DNA of 64,000 nt from Coriobacteriia bacterium (GTDB lineage Bacteria; Actinomycetota; Coriobacteriia; WRKU01; WQUG01): positions 25,487-89,486 of the forward strand of contig WQVN01000001.1 in NCBI GenBank assembly GCA_009785795.1, in the 5' to 3' direction. Both the position numbers and the translations under genes were made by a program. Shown here piece by piece: positions 40,403 to 48,885 of the stretch (the stretch's first letter is position 1; each line of letters begins with the position of its first letter). The notes beneath the pieces were generated by a model. The model had not been told where the DNA came from. It ran no database searches and saw nothing but the letters and a program-made list of their open reading frames with translations.

Positions 40403-41485
40403 CTACTGCATTGATGGTGGCGGTGATCCCAGCGGTGGCTCAACTGGTGGCGCATTTTGGAATTCACTTGCAGATGAGATAGGCGAAGGTTCGGTTGGCA
40501 ATGGTGGTTGCGGTAACTGTTCAAGTTTCTTTTTGCGTTTTTTGATGCTGCGACGTACCAGTACCCAGATTACCGCGACAATTGCTGCTAACAAAAGAGC
40601 GAAGGGCGCTATCGCAATGAGCACCAGAGCAAGACCCTGCATGAACAACACAAAAGCATTTATCGAAACCGTGAAAGTATGGCCTGCGCGGGTAAGGAAA
40701 CCGTCCTCTTCAATAGGAGTAATAGTCTGAACCTCGGTTAATGTCAGAGTAACCGTGCTCATAGTGACAAGGCTCTCTGTTCTGATGTTCTCGCCCCTAA
40801 GGCGTTCAATATCGATGCGAATTTCTGATACGCGGTCGCGTATGCGGAACACATCTGCAACATCGTCTGCGCCCTCCATAATGGCAAGCAGTTCTGTTTC
40901 CTCTGTTTCGAGGATTTTGATACGTGCCTCGCGATCAAAAAATGCGTCAGTGACATCATCACCTGATTTCGTCAAGGATAATAGGTTGCCCTGCGCGGTC
41001 ACGCCCTCTACAAACCGATCAAACTGGTCTTGAGGCACACGCAGCACCGCATGATAGGTGCGAAGATTATCTGCACTTCCGTCTCCGCTCAATTCGGAAT
41101 CTTGGGTAAAACCGCCTGCTGCACTGAGGGCTGTCTCAATGGCAGTGCGCGATTGATCAAAATCCTTTGTTTCAAGTCTGGCGGTTGCCGAGCGAATCAG
41201 CATACGATCTGCATCTGTCGGCGCACCGCCACCTGCAGGCGGCACAACAGAAGTAGCGGATTCAATGGAATCAAGCGAATCGAATTCTTCTTCTGTCATG
41301 TAGCTGTAGCGCTGCACCCCGCCAATACCAGCAGAATCATCCGATAACAGTCCAAGAGATTCGGATCCGGCTGCCCATTCATCGGCAGAATCAGTCGCAG
41401 TCATTGGTGCAGTACAACCTGCTACACCAATCGCCAACAGCAGAACTGCCAGCAATGCCAACAGCAAAAATTTAGTCTTTTTCAT
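40403..41485 (-). CDS. DUF4349-domain lipoprotein with a C-terminal TM helix and a Pro-rich tail.
   Basis: It has a lipobox (GVAGC), a DUF4349-like core and a C-terminal TM helix followed by RKKKLEQLPQPPLP. Confidence 0.6.
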   Translation of the reverse strand: MKKTKFLLLALLAVLLLAIGVAGCTAPMTATDSADEWAAGSESLGLLSDDSAGIGGVQRYSYMTEEEFDSLDSIESATSVVPPAGGGAPTDADRMLIRSATARLETKDFDQSRTAIETALSAAGGFTQDSELSGDGSADNLRTYHAVLRVPQDQFDRFVEGVTAQGNLLSLTKSGDDVTDAFFDREARIKILETEETELLAIMEGADDVADVFRIRDRVSEIRIDIERLRGENIRTESLVTMSTVTLTLTEVQTITPIEEDGFLTRAGHTFTVSINAFVLFMQGLALVLIAIAPFALLLAAIVAVIWVLVRRSIKKRKKKLEQLPQPPLPTEPSPISSASEFQNAPPVEPPLGSPPPSMQ

Positions 41486-41559
41486 GGACGTGCTCCCTTC
41501 TTATTCTGGGTTAATGGTACATCTATAGCGAACACATAGTGCAGATTATGACAGAGCGG

Positions 41560-41886
41560 TTAGGCAGTCGTCTGCTCATCAATCCAATTCAGGTACGCAG
41601 GCAGACCATCCGTTATGGGCAGCTGGACTATTTGCGGCACATCATAGGAATGATTTTCTGTGATAGCTATTTGCAGCTGATCAAAGAGTTCTGTCTTTGA
41701 TTTTATGATGAGCAAAACTTCGTCCTCTTCGTGGACTGTTCCCTCCCAACGATATATGCTCTCGATATCGAGCAGCTGCGCACAGGCAGCAAGTTTGCTC
41801 TGAACCAGTAGTCGTGCCAACGCACGAGCAGCACCTTTGTCAGGACAAGTCACTAATATAGTTGAATGCTTACCTTTCATGAGCAA
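41560..41886 (-). CDS. cutA: Divalent-cation tolerance protein CutA.
   Basis: The ORF is 108 aa and matches the CutA1 family (ILVTCPD...YRWEG). Confidence 0.8.
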   Translation of the reverse strand: MLMKGKHSTILVTCPDKGAARALARLLVQSKLAACAQLLDIESIYRWEGTVHEEDEVLLIIKSKTELFDQLQIAITENHSYDVPQIVQLPITDGLPAYLNWIDEQTTA

Positions 41887-41952
41887 ACCCCGTTCTTACG
41901 ATTGGGCAAGATGTCCATTATCTCACTGTTTGCTGGTCTCTAACAGCACTCA

Positions 41953-43050
41953 CTATTCAAGAAAGTCAACAATTGCTGTGTGTACTTGGTCTGGAACCTC
42001 AAGAAGTGGATTATGGCCAACCCCGCCAAGAATTGTGAGTTCCTTATGAGGTGCTCCAACCCGCACATAATAATCTTCAATCAATTCAACAGGTGTCAAC
42101 CAGTCATTGTCACCCACGATAAAAAGCACAGGCACAGCAAACTGTGCCGCACGATCACGCGCATCATAGGAAAAACTTTCCTGCAGTATGCTTGTCTGGA
42201 TTCGTTCAAATTCTTCCGCAGATATTATGGTCAAAAACCACCGCAGATCGGTCACATTAATAACAGGAGAACTTGCACTGGCCCAGACAGTCACAGGAAT
42301 TGATCGCTGATGTTCGTGAGGCAAATTACTGTGTGCAAGCATTGGTATCCGATTAAAGTAATGTAGCAGGTCTGGGCTATACTCTTCCGTCATTTCTAGC
42401 TGTTCAATCAGGTTCGTTAATTCGCTCGCATCTGCTCTGCTGGTTCGCCCATCTTGCTCGCCTGCAAGCATTTCGCGTGCTGTTATGCCGACACCTTGTC
42501 GCACGTTTACCACCTGGCTGACAGCAATAAATGCCTCAACTTTTTCAGGGTGGCGCTGCACGTATTGGCCGCCTACCACCGTACCCCAAGAATGTCCTAC
42601 CACGATGACCTGACGTGTCGCAAATCGCTCCCGCACGTAGTCAACTATTTCATCCATATCACGTAAGATCAAGTCAAGCGAGACATCTGGTTGATCTACA
42701 TCAAGATTTTCGAAATAAGTCCGTCCAGAGCTGCGCTGATCCCAATGCACAATCGTAAAATCACGTTCAAGCCCGCGCTGAAAGTGATACGCCAAATGAG
42801 GCAGCGGATTTGCAGGTCCGCCATGTACAAAAACAATCACAGAATTGCTGGTACACTCTCCCCTAATTTGCACAAATTGTTGCAACCCTCCAATGTCGAG
42901 GAAGAACTGTTCGTCAACGCCAGTATCTGACACAATACGATACTCATTTGCATTAATCAGTCGAGCGCTCCCAACAATCCCGCATGCCAGAAGCACCAAC
43001 GCCAGCAATGTCAAGCAGACACTACGAACTATCTTTTTTCGATTCCTCAT
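41953..43050 (-). CDS. Secreted or lipid-anchored alpha/beta hydrolase.
   Basis: It has a signal/lipobox (LLACG) and a GHSWG nucleophile elbow. Confidence 0.7.
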   Translation of the reverse strand: MRNRKKIVRSVCLTLLALVLLACGIVGSARLINANEYRIVSDTGVDEQFFLDIGGLQQFVQIRGECTSNSVIVFVHGGPANPLPHLAYHFQRGLERDFTIVHWDQRSSGRTYFENLDVDQPDVSLDLILRDMDEIVDYVRERFATRQVIVVGHSWGTVVGGQYVQRHPEKVEAFIAVSQVVNVRQGVGITAREMLAGEQDGRTSRADASELTNLIEQLEMTEEYSPDLLHYFNRIPMLAHSNLPHEHQRSIPVTVWASASSPVINVTDLRWFLTIISAEEFERIQTSILQESFSYDARDRAAQFAVPVLFIVGDNDWLTPVELIEDYYVRVGAPHKELTILGGVGHNPLLEVPDQVHTAIVDFLE

Positions 43051-43261
43051 GACTCTATTGTAAGTTAATCCATCATCTGGCTTGTATTTTCCCTACCATC
43101 TGAACCTGAAAAGGTTTATCATTAAATATACGTGTAAAACAGCATCGTCCCTCGTCGCAGGCAACTACGCTTGAGTGTCCGCGCACGGGCAGCCGTCTAC
43201 ACGGACAGCTGTGCAAGAGCTGCACAGAGATGAACGATTCAACAGGAATGGATGTAACACG

Positions 43262-44266
43262 ATGAAAAAGAGCTTTAGGACAGTCAGGACACTTTTCATG
43301 GTACTCATCTTGCTGTGCGCGTCCCTTGTTGGGGGCAGCTTAATTGCAGGAGCGTTACCGGAGTATGAGGACAACGGGTCAGATGCGGATGTCCCTACAG
43401 ACGTACAGCCAGTTGATGTTCCAGAAACTGAGGAAGGCATCATGGCAATCAGCGGAGAGCTTGATGCTGAAATGGCTGCCACACTAGGTGGACCCATTAC
43501 TCCCTTTGAATCCATGATTTATAAAGTCATGCAATCGCATGGTTCATGGATTGTTATTGTAGGTGGAGACTTGGCAGAAAATATGCCACTGCCAGCAACT
43601 ATCGAAATCGCAGTGCCCGCAGATGCTCCTGTCTTTTGGTTTGGTGAGGTTGGTAATACAGGCGATCCTGCTCAAGACCCACGCTTTCCACAACCATGGC
43701 AGTTCCGCACAGAGGGTGACTTTGACATCTACACTGCAACTATGACGCAGTATCATCGAGTCCAAATTGAATATAGGCTGAACGATAGCCCATTTAGCCA
43801 AGGACCAGACGGACCCTCAATCCACGTAGAGTACACTCCCTTGCAGGATCTTGAAGAGCTGCGCTTAGCTGTTGCACTACCAGCAGGTGGCGCGGTACTT
43901 GCACGCGATGTTCAGTTCCTCGGTATGGGACCTGGTAATGAACCTGCCTTTGCTCGCATTATCGAAAACGCTCAAGCAGGCGAGTTGTATTCCACAGAAA
44001 TTACCTACACCATTACTGCAGGTGGAAACGCCATAACAAATCTCGACGGCTGGGTAGTTATCGTTCTCGCTGCCCTATTGTTTGGCGGTGCTGCCCTAAC
44101 CTTCTGGCTGTTTATCAAGACAAGAAATAAATCAGCCCACTACGATGATGACTGGAGTGAAGACGAGAGCGTCCAAGAAGATGACGACAGCGACAACGAT
44201 ACAAGCGAAGATGTTGATGATGATCGCTCTGAAGCTTCTAAAAGTGGTGGAGCTTGGGGCAACTAA
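43262..44266 (+). CDS. Paralog A of an uncharacterised type-I membrane protein family, built as a signal peptide, an extracytoplasmic domain of about 230 aa, one TM helix and an acidic cytoplasmic tail.
   Basis: AGGAA precedes the ATG at 43262 (MKKSFRTVRTLFMVLILL). The motifs IAVPADAPVFWFGEV, RTEGDFDIYTA, IEYRL and HVEYTPL are shared with the next two genes. The TM helix is followed by a DDDSDNDTSEDVDDD tail. Confidence 0.7.
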   Translation: MKKSFRTVRTLFMVLILLCASLVGGSLIAGALPEYEDNGSDADVPTDVQPVDVPETEEGIMAISGELDAEMAATLGGPITPFESMIYKVMQSHGSWIVIVGGDLAENMPLPATIEIAVPADAPVFWFGEVGNTGDPAQDPRFPQPWQFRTEGDFDIYTATMTQYHRVQIEYRLNDSPFSQGPDGPSIHVEYTPLQDLEELRLAVALPAGGAVLARDVQFLGMGPGNEPAFARIIENAQAGELYSTEITYTITAGGNAITNLDGWVVIVLAALLFGGAALTFWLFIKTRNKSAHYDDDWSEDESVQEDDDSDNDTSEDVDDDRSEASKSGGAWGN

Positions 44267-45297
44267 TGGCAACATCAACACATAAGGTCACACACAGACT
44301 CAGGGCAAAAATCCTGAGTCTGACCACATATGTTCTTGCGCTATCACTACTTTTAATGGTTCTTGCTCCCACGCTGGGACTACTTGCAGACAGCACCACT
44401 ATGCCGATTCCCGCATTGCTGACTGCTGCGGTTGCTGGAGCAGATGAAACTGATCCAAGCAATACAGCAGACGAACCTGAAGAAGAACGGCTTGTCGCAC
44501 CTGTAGTCGAACCTGCCACAGATCAGATAATGCCTCTGGACTTCGTGCTGTACAAGGTATATCGCACTCCAGATGGCTATGCTGGATTAGTCAGTGGCGG
44601 CATGGACATATCAGAAGAACAACTTCCCGCACGCTTTGAGGTTGCCGTTCCTGCAGGAGTTGAGCTTCTGTGGTTTGGTGAAATACATGGCGGCGATAGA
44701 GAGAACGATCCTGCCTTTCCTGAGCCATTTGAAATGCGCACAGAGGGTGACTTTGACATCTACACTGCTGTCACTACAGTGCCCGTCATGCAGATTGAAT
44801 TCCTACTGGGCTACACTGCCACTGAACTTATGCGTAATGGAAATCATTCAATACACCTAGAATACACCCCTCTGCATAATGCACGAACGTTGCGTTTGGC
44901 GACATATATCCCTGATGGCAGTACCGTACTGGACGCTCCGCTGCTTGAAAACTTAGGTCTATCCCCTCACCTGCATGAATATATTTATGCACGCACCTTC
45001 AGCAATGTTGCCGGTGGCAGAGCCTACGAAATCACTATTGAATACCAGCCCTCAGCGGCTGCGGCACGTCACGGTACCGCTGACCTTGAGATGGGCATCG
45101 TTGTCGTAGCGGTCACAGTGATAGGAACCCTGTTTTTGGCGGCAGGACTCATGTTGCTTGTCAGGCACAGGCGTAACCAAGCAGAGTCATACGATGACAC
45201 AGATTACGATACTTATTACGGCGAAAACAACGATGAAGGCACTGATGATGTTGATGACAGCACAGAAGACAGGGAAGAAAGTAGCGATGACGAGTAA
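44266..45297 (+). CDS. Paralog B of the same family.
   Basis: Its ATG at 44266 overlaps the TAA stop of paralog A in a TAATG junction. It has the same motifs (VAVPAGVELLWFGEI, RTEGDFDIYTA, HLEYTPL), a TM helix and an acidic tail. Confidence 0.7.
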   Translation: MATSTHKVTHRLRAKILSLTTYVLALSLLLMVLAPTLGLLADSTTMPIPALLTAAVAGADETDPSNTADEPEEERLVAPVVEPATDQIMPLDFVLYKVYRTPDGYAGLVSGGMDISEEQLPARFEVAVPAGVELLWFGEIHGGDRENDPAFPEPFEMRTEGDFDIYTAVTTVPVMQIEFLLGYTATELMRNGNHSIHLEYTPLHNARTLRLATYIPDGSTVLDAPLLENLGLSPHLHEYIYARTFSNVAGGRAYEITIEYQPSAAAARHGTADLEMGIVVVAVTVIGTLFLAAGLMLLVRHRRNQAESYDDTDYDTYYGENNDEGTDDVDDSTEDREESSDDE

Positions 45298-46087
45298 TTC
45301 GCTGCAGCTACGCAATTCGCACAGCAGAGGTCAGCGGCAATTCAAAGCGCTCATCCTGTGCTGCGTGATTTTTGCACTGTGTCTAAGCATGGGATTTGGG
45401 CTAGTTCTGCCATCTGCTGCACAGGCTTCACAAGATATCGCTCCCTTCTCCTTTTTGCAATATAAGCAATTTCGTGTTCCTGACGGATATACGGGAGCTG
45501 TGATGGGCATCCTGTATCCAGATGTCGAATTGCCTGCAACAGTACAAATTGCTGTGCCGGAAGGTGTCGATGTCTACTGGTTTGGCGAAGTGCCAGAAGG
45601 TGGAGTCAATCCAGAATCTGTACCCTTTCCAGGAGCTCTTGAGCCTCGAACTGCAGACGGAATGGATATCTATACTGCAGTAGTGCAGAATTCTCACACC
45701 GTTCAAATCGAATTTTACCTCGAAGGCTTTCCTGTGCGGTCACTTCCGAATGGCAACCATTCAATCCAAATTGAATACACGCCACTCGACGACGTCGGCG
45801 TAATGCGTCTGGCCGCTTTTATTCCCGCAGGCAGCGTTGTTCAAAGCCCTGGAGCTGAATACATGGCAACGAGTCCCACAGGCGACATTGCCTATGCCTA
45901 TTCTTTCATTGACATTGAAGCGGGGCAGCGCTTGTCATTTGACATCGAATATATCCCGCCAGAAGTCACTGCTCGTGAAAACGCAGATGGCGTTGCTGGT
46001 GGCATCATGGTTGTCGCAGGAGCACTCTTGCTTACAGCTATCATTGCGATAGTCATGGTGCTGTTCATGAAGGCTCGCAAAAAGTAG
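45287..46087 (+). CDS. Paralog C of the same family, with a short basic tail instead of an acidic one.
   Basis: Its ATG at 45287 lies within the 3' end of paralog B, overlapping it by 11 nt (ATGACGAGTAA). It has an AQA/SQ signal-peptidase site, the motifs IAVPEGVDVYWFGEV and IEYTPL, and a TM helix followed by KARKK. Confidence 0.7.
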   Translation: MTSNSLQLRNSHSRGQRQFKALILCCVIFALCLSMGFGLVLPSAAQASQDIAPFSFLQYKQFRVPDGYTGAVMGILYPDVELPATVQIAVPEGVDVYWFGEVPEGGVNPESVPFPGALEPRTADGMDIYTAVVQNSHTVQIEFYLEGFPVRSLPNGNHSIQIEYTPLDDVGVMRLAAFIPAGSVVQSPGAEYMATSPTGDIAYAYSFIDIEAGQRLSFDIEYIPPEVTARENADGVAGGIMVVAGALLLTAIIAIVMVLFMKARKK

Positions 46088-46113
46088 CGGACGCGAAACA
46101 CAGGAGATCTGAT

Positions 46114-48105
46114 ATGTCCATAAACACGCCCGAAGACCGCGAACTCATACTGCGCGACAAAGCAGCGCGTGAAGGCTTCAATGTGCCACAAGATGTTATT
46201 GATTTTTTGGTCAACCGCTTTGACAGCGAGGTTGGACTAAAAAGCGCACTCATCAATATTGCAATGTTTGCGTCATATCGCTCAATCCCCATTAGTCTTG
46301 ATGTTGCAAAGCTCGTAATTGATGGTGAGAGAGTGCGTCCACTTTCTACGATGACCCCTGAATATGAAGCAGAGCGTGCCACTACATCTACAAGCGCGCC
46401 TGCTGAAAAGCGCGTACCTGCCACACCCATGCAGGCAGCAAGTGCAGCTCCAAAAACACCAGCAGCTTCAGCAGCATCACCGACCCCTAAGCTTGCTGCA
46501 ACACCCCCAGCTGTCAAATCAGAGCAGCAGGATGATCCTCCATCGCTCTTTGATTTGCCCATCCCTACGCCAGCACCTTCTGCACCACAGCCACAAGTTC
46601 CCGAACACGACCTTACAGCACCTTTCACGGTTCAACCTGCCCAGAAGGCTGCAACACCTGTCACCGAGCCTGCTGCATCTACAATACCTACACCAGAACA
46701 GGCACCTGTTGCTGCACCTATATCAGTAAGCCCTGAACCAACAACATCTGCACCTGCAAAACCAGCACCTGTAGCACGATTCTGCTCACAGACTGGTAAA
46801 CCTCTGAATCAGGAAACCACAGTACCGCCTACGCCAGTTGCGACGCCGGCTCCTGAACCAGTAGTGCCAATGCCGATGCCAACACCCGCTGTGCAGCAAG
46901 CTCAATACTTCCAGCCAATCAAAGAGGCTCCTCCCCAACAATCAGAAGCGCAAATGCGCCTTGTCTCGCAAACAGGAAGTGACGTGTTCTTTATTCCCTT
47001 GCGTACTCAGCGCAAGCGATCATTGTTTGAGCGCATCAATTTGGCACTTACTCGCGCCGGCATTGACGACGTGATTCAGGCAGACGACAAGGTCGCTGTT
47101 AAAATTCATTTTGGCGAAGAAGGCAACACTGGCTTTGTCAGTCCAGTCCATGCACGTAATGTAGTAAATCGTGTTAAAGAGTTGGGTGGAAAACCATTCC
47201 TCACTGACACAAACACGCTTTATGCAGGGCAGCGTCAAAACGCCATTGATCACATAAATTGTGCTATCGCAAATGGATTTGGCTATTCAACCGTAGGTGC
47301 GCCCATCATTATTGCAGACGGTCTGATTAGTCGCGATTCTGTTGTCGTGCCCGTCGCTGGTGGAAAACATTTCGAATCGGTGCGCGTTGCAAGTGCCACC
47401 ATAGATGCCGATGTCATGATTGTCATTAGTCACGTCAAGGGACACAGTCTAGCAGGCTTTGGCGGTGCGATCAAGAATATCGGTATGGGGTTGGGTTCGC
47501 GTAGCGCAAAGCAGCGCATGCATTCTGGCATCAAGCCAAGCGTTGTTCCCGATAATTGTACAGCCTGTGCTCGCTGCATTGACTGGTGTCAACCAAAGTG
47601 CATCACTATGGCACAGGGTCAGTCAGGAACACGCTACGCTCACATCAATCATGATGTATGCAATGGCTGTGGCGAATGTCTGACAGCTTGTGCCCATGGT
47701 GCGATTGCTATTAACTGGGACACCTCTCCTCAGGATTTCTTAGAGCGAACTGTTGAACATGCAGCAGGTGCGCTTGCGCACTTTAGTGCAAAAGAACAAA
47801 ACAAGGTCATCTACTTGAACTTTTTAACCAATATCACGCCAGACTGTGATTGCTGCACCTATTCCGATGCCCCCATCGTTGGCGATATTGGCATACTTGT
47901 TAGCTGCGACCCAGTTGCAATTGATCAAGCAGCCGTTGACTTGGTCGAACAAGCACAGGGCGCAAAAGACTCTGTTGGTGAAGACCTCAAGTGCGGTGAT
48001 GAAAAGTTTCAGGCAATCAATGACGTTGATGTTTCTTTGGCAATGCGCTATTCGCAACAACTAGGGCTCGGCTCACAAAACTACCGCCTGCGTACGATTA
48101 ACTGA
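46114..48105 (+). CDS. Fusion protein: DnaA-lid-like helical domain, a Pro/Ala/Thr-rich linker of about 220 aa, and a DUF362 domain with an inserted 2x[4Fe-4S] ferredoxin.
   Basis: An AGGAG RBS precedes the ATG. The N-terminus, ELILRDKAAREGFNVPQDVIDFLVNRFDSEVGLKSALINIAMFASY, resembles the DnaA/Hda AAA+ lid (compare the DnaA segment [33 protein letters not shown]). The C-terminus has CxxCxxCxxxC and CxxCxxCxxxC clusters embedded in a DUF362 core. Confidence 0.7.
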   Translation: MSINTPEDRELILRDKAAREGFNVPQDVIDFLVNRFDSEVGLKSALINIAMFASYRSIPISLDVAKLVIDGERVRPLSTMTPEYEAERATTSTSAPAEKRVPATPMQAASAAPKTPAASAASPTPKLAATPPAVKSEQQDDPPSLFDLPIPTPAPSAPQPQVPEHDLTAPFTVQPAQKAATPVTEPAASTIPTPEQAPVAAPISVSPEPTTSAPAKPAPVARFCSQTGKPLNQETTVPPTPVATPAPEPVVPMPMPTPAVQQAQYFQPIKEAPPQQSEAQMRLVSQTGSDVFFIPLRTQRKRSLFERINLALTRAGIDDVIQADDKVAVKIHFGEEGNTGFVSPVHARNVVNRVKELGGKPFLTDTNTLYAGQRQNAIDHINCAIANGFGYSTVGAPIIIADGLISRDSVVVPVAGGKHFESVRVASATIDADVMIVISHVKGHSLAGFGGAIKNIGMGLGSRSAKQRMHSGIKPSVVPDNCTACARCIDWCQPKCITMAQGQSGTRYAHINHDVCNGCGECLTACAHGAIAINWDTSPQDFLERTVEHAAGALAHFSAKEQNKVIYLNFLTNITPDCDCCTYSDAPIVGDIGILVSCDPVAIDQAAVDLVEQAQGAKDSVGEDLKCGDEKFQAINDVDVSLAMRYSQQLGLGSQNYRLRTIN

Positions 48106-48123
48106 CCAGCCGAATACATACCT

Positions 48124-48885
48124 ATGACTGGTGATACATCACCTGGAACGCTCTACGTCGTTGCCACCCCCATTGGCAACTTGGGAGATATGACCTTGCG
48201 TGCAATTGAAGTTTTGCAGCAAGTATCGGCAGTCTATTCAGAAGATACGCGTGTTTCCAGACGGCTGTTTAATCACTTTGGAATCGATACGCCACTCAAA
48301 CGCTTCGATGACAGAACAAGCTCACGTAAAATTCCTGAGATTTGTACGCACCTAAAAACTGGCGCAGACATTGCACTGATAAGTGATGCAGGAACTCCTA
48401 CAATCTCTGATCCTGGAATGCCACTAGTCGCCGCAGCACGTGCAGACAATATCCCCGTTACGGTAGTTCCTGGTGCAAGCGCAGCTGTGGCAGCGCTTTC
48501 AATTAGTGGACTGCCTGCTCATGCCTACTACTTTGGCAGCTTTCTGCCCCGCAAAAAAGGCAAGTGCGAAACCTTGCTACAGTCGCTAGATATGCTAAAC
48601 GCCACTCTGATTTTTTTCGAATCTCCTCACCGCATTGTGACAGCAACACAGCACCTCGCACAGCTCTACCCCAATAGACAGGCAGTCATCGCACGCGAAC
48701 TGACAAAACATTATGAAGAAGTTTTGCGCGGCAATCTAGAAGAGCTGTCTGCAGAGCTCACTCACAGGCAAAACAATAATCTAGTCAGCACACTGCGGGG
48801 CGAGTTCGTTATACTATTAGCTCCGCTTAAATTTGACGGCACACATACTGATGGCATAAAAGACAGACAAAGGCAGGATTCATGA
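48124..48885 (+). CDS. rsmI: 16S rRNA (cytidine1402-2'-O)-methyltransferase RsmI.
   Basis: It has the tetrapyrrole-methylase fold, with LYVVATPIGNLGDMTLRA and ISDAGTPTISDPG. Confidence 0.85.
   Translation: MTGDTSPGTLYVVATPIGNLGDMTLRAIEVLQQVSAVYSEDTRVSRRLFNHFGIDTPLKRFDDRTSSRKIPEICTHLKTGADIALISDAGTPTISDPGMPLVAAARADNIPVTVVPGASAAVAALSISGLPAHAYYFGSFLPRKKGKCETLLQSLDMLNATLIFFESPHRIVTATQHLAQLYPNRQAVIARELTKHYEEVLRGNLEELSAELTHRQNNNLVSTLRGEFVILLAPLKFDGTHTDGIKDRQRQDS

Noticed and set aside
46065-46628. Minus-strand ORF of 187 aa inside the Pro/Ala-rich linker of the DUF362 fusion gene.
   Set aside because: It is a compositional artifact of the low-complexity region and has no RBS or family features.
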